From positions 25,482,001-25,546,000 of the forward strand of contig NC_090370.1 in the NCBI RefSeq assembly GCF_035084215.1: DNA of 64,000 bases, in the 5' to 3' direction. The translations under genes were made by a program, and so were the position numbers. This document shows, in pieces, positions 57,749-64,000 of the stretch; position 1 is the stretch's first letter; each line of letters begins with the position of its first letter. The notes under the pieces are model-generated. The model did no database searches, was not told the origin of the DNA, and saw only the letters and a program-made list of their open reading frames with translations. Source of the stretch: Heptranchias perlo (lineage: Eukaryota).

Positions 57749-58249
57749 TGATCTCCGGGGTTGAAATCGCAGGGCCGTGCAGTTCACAGAAATTTGATTA
57801 AATGGGAAATGCATAAAGGGGAGGGAGCGGATGTCAGACGCAAGGCCTGACAATCTGTTGGCCCATCATAACAGCGGAGAGATGGGAACAGAGCCGATCT
57901 ACGTTTTGTGGCAGAAACAGCTGCTGTTCATTTTGGACGAAGATTCAGCACCAGAGAGGAGTGCCAATTCCAGACTGACCAACATGAGGAATTTGAAACG
58001 GAAACAGTTTCATTTTCACACACACGCAGGACTGGAGGGAGGTGAATTCCATCAGACTGACTCTCATCACCACCAGTGCCTCATTCGGACAGAGAAAGTT
58101 CTGGCAAACAGCTGCAGAAAGTTCTGATTCCGACCCCACTCTTTCACATGAGGTACATACACCCCCAGTGTCAAACTTACTGGGACATATATGCAGAGAG
58201 GGACTCGTGGAAAGCACGAGAGATACAAGTTCTCATTTCCAATGTCGTG

Positions 58250-58400
58250 TCAGCTTGGCTCGGTTGGAAACACTCGAATGTCGGAGTCAGGGGTTTCAAA
58301 GTTCAAGCCTCACTCCAACACTTTACTGGACATTTGAGTCCAGCACTGAAGGACAGGTGCAATCGGACGGGTCCTGAAACCCATGCTGGATGTAAGGAAT
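58250..58400 (+). mobile_element. Old degenerate tRNA-derived SINE
   Basis: A-box-like TGGCTCGGTTGG and B-box-like GTTCAAGCC, with GAGTCAG between them and CACTCCA after, resembling shark tRNA-SINE heads (from memory). Confidence 0.45.
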
Positions 58401-58901
58401 CAGACTCGGATCATATAACGTTTCAGTCTATTCTCCCCCTGCAGATATAGTGGCAGAGGCTGTTTCAATGCAACTCGCACCAATAGATCGAAAGGCAGTG
58501 TGTCTTGCTCTCTATCAGCGCTAGAATCAGAAGCAGTGTAAAACATTAGTGTTACGTTCACTAACACTCGTAACTGATACAGGGTCAGAATCAATCCCTC
58601 AATCACATCCAACAACACGGGCAAATTTAACTCACATTCTTGATTCAGCAATCGCTGACACAATATTCAACACATCAGTCAGCTTCTGTTGCACAAATCT
58701 GGGTAAAATAACACAGACCGAGCAAGTGTTGTCGGAGGATGAGACTGTAAATAATATTGGGTGGAACACAACAGAATGCCTCTTGATGCCGATGATCAAA
58801 CGTCCCTGGTATTTCTGTATCCCACCCGCCCAGTTTAATGACAATTTTGATATTTTGTCTCATTCACCACACAAACTGCAAATATCAATCTATTGGAGGT
58901 T

Positions 58902-58934
58902 GGCGACATCTGCTGTCCGGAAGCGAGTACTTCA
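58902..58934 (-). promoter_or_regulatory. CTCF-like site (inverted copy of 45585-45617)
   Basis: GGCGACATCTGCTGTCCGGAAGCGAGTACTTCA. Confidence 0.6.
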
Positions 58935-58996
58935 ACAGACCGATCTGGATCATTTGTTATCAACAAGTTATTGTTAGTTCTAGGATCGGAATAATA

Positions 58997-59530
58997 ATTC
59001 ATAGAGTTCATAGAGTTATACAGCACGGATACAGGCCCTTCGGCCCATCGTGTCCGCGCCGGCCATCAGCCCTGTCTACTCTAATCCCATATTCCAGCAT
59101 TTGGTCCGTAGCCTTGTATGCTATGGCATTTCAAGTGCTCATCCAAATGCTTTTGAATGTTGTGAGGGTTCCTGCCTCCACAACCCTTTCAGGCAGTGAG
59201 TTCCAGACTCCAACCACCCTCTGGGTGAAAAAGTTCTTTCTCAAATCCCCTCTAAACCTCCCGCCTTTTACCTTGAATCTATGTCCCCTTGTTATAGTCC
59301 CCTCAACGAAGGGAAAAAGCTCCTTAGTATCCATCCTATCTGTGCCCCTCATAATTTTGTACACCTCAATCATGTCCCCCCTCAGCCTCCTCTGCTCCAA
59401 GGAAAACAAACCCAATCTTCCCAGTCTCTCTTCACAGCTGAAGCGCTCCAGCCCTGGTAACATCCTGGTGAATCTCCTCTGCACCCTCTCCAAAGCGATC
59501 ACATCCTTCCTGTCGTCCGGCGACCAGAAC
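58997..59530 (-). mobile_element. Young CR1-clade LINE 3' fragment
   Basis: ALERVQRRFTRMLPG...FFTQRVVGVWNSLP with an (ACTCTATGA)-type tail. Absent from the paralogous site near 45525. Confidence 0.93.
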
Positions 59531-59584
59531 TTATTAAATTGAGTCCTTATTAAATTGATTCCTGACTCTCTTCAGTCAGTAACA

Positions 59585-59624
59585 AGCCCTTTCAAAGATA
59601 CAGTGGGTGGCTCTGAAAAGAGCC
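59585..59624 (-). terminator. Histone stem-loop and downstream element
   Basis: Reverse strand GGCTCT-TTTC-AGAGCC ACCCA ... GAAAGGGCTTG. Confidence 0.93.
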
Positions 59625-59654
59625 TTTGGGTTATCAGATTAAATCTTGGCCGCT

Positions 59655-60095
<441 letters not shown>

Positions 60096-60872
60096 TCACC
60101 CTTCTGACAGACTGAAAGATTATCTGATTGGTTGTCCCTTGTTACACCTCATTTGCCTATTTCATTAACCAATCAGATAGCTGGAAATTAGAAGAGGGCG
60201 GGATTTACCGGCCTCAACGGTCAGACGAGGAATTTTATGAATTTCAAAAAGCCCGCCAATTTCAGTGCAGTGAAGGATCGGATTTCGATCAATGTCGCCC
60301 TGAGCACAAGATTTTAAACCCGTTCTTTGTATCTTGTCTTATTCAGCGCTCCCCGTCACTAATCGCTCGCCCTGTTTTAAAATCTGCTTTAAATTATGGC
60401 TCATTCGACCATCGCTTTCAAACTGCACCGGACGGGACTAAAGCCCCATTCACAGCATTCCGTGAAAGGACACATTTGAATTTAGTGTTTAGAAAAGTGA
60501 AACGTTATAGATTGGTCCCTTCTCAGAGCCGGGAGTGCTTCTGTGAAAAGAGGGACCCGGACAGAGCTCTCATTCTGCCCCGATTCCGCTGTTACTACAA
60601 GGGGTGGGGTTACTGTTAATCTGGGGACTTTCACGTCAGTCCATAAATATTTCAGAAACTGCATTCATAGAACGGAATTGCTGAGGGGGTCATAAAGGGG
60701 ATGAGAGGCCAGAATAGTAATGCTTTAAGAACAAAACAAATCGGAAGGAGCGGATGATAAACTCGTGTTCATTTTTGGGGCCAGGGATTTGAACGGGGTA
60801 GTTCGAGTCACTTTTCGATTGGAATAATAATATTGCTGCAATAAAATGATCCTTAGTAAATATACAGGAAAT

Positions 60873-60914
60873 GCAGCTCTTTCAGCGAGGTTGTGGGTGG
60901 CTCTTGAAAGAGCC
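60873..60914 (-). terminator. Histone stem-loop and downstream element
   Basis: Reverse strand GGCTCT-TTCA-AGAGCC ACCCA ... GAAAGAGCTG. Confidence 0.95.
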
Positions 60915-60944
60915 GTTGTTTTTTTTTCACTTCATTGTGGAGTT

Positions 60945-61319
60945 TTACTTGGAGCTGGTGTATTTGGTCACCGCCTTTGTCCCTTCTGACACGGCGTGCT
61001 TGGCCAGTTCCCCAGGCAGCAGCAGGCGCACGGCGGTCTGGATCTCCCGGGAGCTGATAGTCGCCCGCTTGTTGTAATGGGCCAGGCGGGAAGCCTCACC
61101 TGCGATGCGCTCGAAAATGTCGTTCACAAAGGAGTTCATGATGCTCATGGCCTTGGACGAGATGCCGGTGTCGGGGTGAACCTGCTTCATCACTTTGTAG
61201 ATGTAGATGGAGTAACTCTCCTTCCTCGACTTTCTCCGCTTCTTGCCGCCTTTGGCTGGTGCTTTACTCAAGGTTTTCTTGGCGCCCTTCTTGGGAGCTG
61301 CTTTCTTGTCCTCAGGCAT
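60945..61319 (-). CDS. H2B: Histone H2B (copy 2, 124 aa, canonical core)
   Basis: [15 protein letters not shown]...FVNDIFERI...YTSSK. Confidence 0.98.
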   Translation of the reverse strand: MPEDKKAAPKKGAKKTLSKAPAKGGKKRRKSRKESYSIYIYKVMKQVHPDTGISSKAMSIMNSFVNDIFERIAGEASRLAHYNKRATISSREIQTAVRLLLPGELAKHAVSEGTKAVTKYTSSK

Positions 61320-61780
61320 TTTCAAACTCAATTTCAGACCCAGAAATGACCCAAATCCGCTCCGAGCTCGGATTAAATCGGCAGCCCCACAGCCCTATGG
61401 TAATGAGGGATGGGGGAAGCTAATAATTGTGATTGGGTCATTGGGAGTGAGGTCACAATAATTATTAACTGTAACTCTCTGATTGGTTTCTTCAAATATC
61501 CAATCAGATTTAATAACTGCCACCAATCACAAACACGCTCACACTGCACATTATCCGGTTTCAGCAATTTGTTCCGAACTGTTGCAGTTCTGCTTCCGGC
61601 CAGTAGATGTCCCCAAACCCCGGGACAGTGAAGTTTGCAGATGAGAGAGGGACAGAACAGAAACTAATTCTTCACATTATATTGCACGAGTGGGATTTAG
61701 AAAAACTGGGAATGGAGACGAGCTGCAAGTACATTTTGTTGGACCAAACATTAGTTGTAATGCTGTGTTAAATTCTTGTA
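61320..61780 (-). promoter_or_regulatory. H2B promoter module D with octamer-like site (61397-61404), CCAAT boxes and CTCF-like site (61583-61614, plus)
   Basis: Inverted paralog of 42370-43500 without the Tx1 insertion. Confidence 0.8.
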
Positions 61781-61789
61781 ATTAATTTA

Positions 61790-62690
61790 GGGGATGCAGC
61801 CTACACTGAGGAAGAATGCGACAAAATACAAGAAGAATTAATAAGCTTGCCGAAAGGCGGTGTAAATGGCCATTGAATTTCCATATAGAAAGGTGTGAGG
61901 TGGTGCATTTTGCTTGGGGGAATAAGGAGGCCACATACTGCTTGGAAAATAAGAGTCTAAATGGGGTAAAAGAGCAAAGGGATTTCGGGGTACAGATTGA
62001 CAAATCATTAAAAGTAGCAGCACAGGATGATAATGCCATAAAAAGCGAACAAAGCACTGGGGTTTATTTCTAGCGGAATAGAATTGAAAAGCAAATAAGT
62101 TATGTTGAACTGTAATTTAAACTGTCAAACCTTCTGTCAAACTGTTTTATTATATTTTCGGTTTCTGGATGTTTTTCTGTTGCATCATTGAGTAAAAGAT
62201 TCCATGATCAATCCAACCACCGACCTTTAGTTAACTGGTCTATAGTTCCCTGGACTTGTTTTATCACCTGATTTAAAATGTAAGAATCAGATTCGCTGTC
62301 ATCCAGTCCTCTGGCACTATTCCTTTTTGTGATGATTTTTTCCTATATATGTAACAATGCCTCTGCTATCTCTATCCTTGCTTCATTTAATATGCACAGA
62401 TGCAATCTCTCTGGACCAGGAGTTTAACCATGCTTTCTAACTTAAATGCCTTGATATCTTTATTGACCTCTTCCTCTAACGTATTCACCCTGTTAATCTC
62501 CCGGGTAAATACTGAGACAAAGTAACAATTCAATATTTCTGCCATTTCGCTGACGTTATCTGTGAGTTTATCTCGTGCATCACTTTGTGGCACTCAAGAT
62601 ATTCTGATTTTCCTTTTGATATTTTTGTGTCAGTGGAATAATTTACTATTTCTTTTTATATTCCTTGATAATTTGATTTCCTGGTTCCTG
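61790..62690. mobile_element. Old CR1 fragments (inverted paralogs of 41370-42345)
   Basis: ORFs 61816+ (CEVVHF...QRDFGV) and 62387- (MAEILNCYFVSVFT). Confidence 0.85.
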
Positions 62691-62706
62691 TTTACTTCTT
62701 CCGAAC

Positions 62707-63222
62707 ACGACAGGAAGGATGTGATCGCTTTGGAGAGGGTGCAGAGGAGATTCACCAGGATGTTACCAGGGCTGGAGCGCTTCAGCTATGAAGAGAGACT
62801 GGGAAGATTGGGTTTGTTTTCCTTGGAGCAGAGGAGGCTGAGGGGGGACAAGATTGAGGTGTACAAAATTATGAGGGGCACAGATAGGATGGATACTAAG
62901 GAGCTTTTTCCCTTCGTTGAGGGTTCTATAACAAGGGGACATAGATTCAAGTTAAAAGGCGGGAGGTTTAGAGGGGATTTGAGAAAGAACTTTTTCACCC
63001 AGAGGGTGGTTGGAGTCTGGAACTCACTGCCTGAAAGGGTTGTGGAGGCAGGAACCCTCACAACATTCAAGAAGCATTTGGATGAGCACTTGAAATGCCA
63101 TAGCATACAAGGCTATGGACCAAATGCTGGAATATGGGATTAGAGTAGACAGGGCTGATGGCCGGCGCGGACACGATGGGCCGAAGGGCCTCTATCCGTG
63201 CTGTATAACTCTATGACTATGA
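62707..63222 (+). mobile_element. Young CR1-clade LINE 3' fragment
   Basis: Uninterrupted frame DRKDVIALERVQRRFTRM...QGYGPNAGIWD plus 3' UTR. Inserted at CCGAAC^CTCTTCC, which is empty near 41385. Confidence 0.95.
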
Positions 63223-63416
63223 CTCTTCCTATTCGCTTTTGCCATCCTCTTATTTAATATCTATAAATGAGAAATTCCACCAGCTTGTTGTGTCTGTTCA
63301 GGGACTGATGTTTGGGAACTATTTATTGTCTATGATTAAAGTGCCAGAAACCCAAAGGGAGCAATTCAGTCCGAAACTCCACAGAAACACTCGACTTCTC
63401 CCTCCTGGTGAAATAA

Positions 63417-63484
63417 GGCGCTATAATGGTGAGTATAGCTGCCTTCCAAGCAGTTCATTCCAACAGGTTTGAATCCCAGCACGC
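63417..63484 (+). pseudogene. tRNA-Gly(TCC)-derived pseudogene
   Basis: TATAATGGTGAGTATAGCTGCCTTCCAAGCAGTT...GGTTTGAATCCCAGCACGC. The anticodon arm CTGCCTTCCAAGCAG is intact. Confidence 0.78.
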
Positions 63485-63764
63485 TGAATTCAGAAACACC
63501 AAGACTGGAACTGAATTTGATGATGTTCAGAGGGACAGTGTTTCCAAAACACAAACGGGTCTAATTCATGTAAAAATAATTCTAAAATTAATTTATTTCC
63601 CCCATATCGTTGAATTTAACTCTGTTCCTTTGTATTATTATTTGCCCTGATCTGAATGGTGGATACGAGACACAATTGCTCGGATTCAGTGAAATTCATT
63701 GATTTTCTGAAGGTTTTCCGTCTGCTGATTCCCGTTCCTTATTTAAATTATATCGGATTAACCT

Positions 63765-63866
63765 TTCTGATCTCTGGAAGGGTCATAGCCCTGAACCTTC
63801 AACCCGAGCTTCCCTTCTCCACAGATGCTGCTGGACCTGCTGAGTCTTTCCAGCATTTTCGGTTTT
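63765..63866 (+). mobile_element. Penelope-like terminal repeat fragment (paralog of 40742-40842)
   Basis: GAAGGGTCAT...CTCCACAGATGCTGCTGGACCTGCTGAGTCTTTCCAGCATTTTC. Confidence 0.45.
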
Positions 63867-64000
63867 AAGTTTTTCGATAATTTGTCCCTTTCACTTTTGA
63901 CGGTCGCCGTTCAAACTTCCAGATTTGCGCTCGGTTTTTATTTGTGTTTCAGTTCGGTTTATTTGGATTGATATAAATCGTGTCCTGAGAAATCAGACAG

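Noticed and set aside
62562-63143. 193-aa ORF as a host gene
   Set aside because: It is a chance fusion of antisense old CR1 sequence with the young CR1 ORF2 C-terminus.
63765-63800. Possible hammerhead ribozyme in the Penelope-like fragment
   Set aside because: The CTGANGA and GAAA core motifs are disrupted in both copies, so at most a dead relic.

Overview
Vertebrate genomic DNA, most likely a cartilaginous fish (inferred from the H1/H2B sequences and the CR1-type LINE tails). Bases 1-~34.8 kb are an uninterrupted 46-bp satellite array (~750 monomers, continuing off the left edge) with multi-kb higher-order duplications. The rest is a replication-dependent histone cluster: H2B(+), H2A(+), truncated psi-H2B(-), H1(+), H4(+), H3(+), H2A(-), H2B(-). 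Every full-length gene has a 3' stem-loop and a U7-type downstream element. The spacers are four direct or inverted copies (A-D) of one H2B-upstream module made of satellite-related repeats, CTCF-like cassettes, old CR1 pieces and the H2B promoter. Main observations: (1) the right edge of the giant array is collinear with a paralogous spacer holding only ~10 monomers, so the satellite appears to have expanded in place from histone-spacer sequence, possibly inside a spliced non-coding transcription unit driven by an NRF1-type promoter; (2) nine related CTCF-like cassettes sit at satellite boundaries and around the H2A/H2B pairs; (3) a young Tx1-like L1-clade retrotransposon with a 12-bp target-site duplication sits in one H2B promoter; (4) one H2B and one H2A copy show signs of divergence or decay. 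All comparisons were made by eye, so boundaries are approximate.
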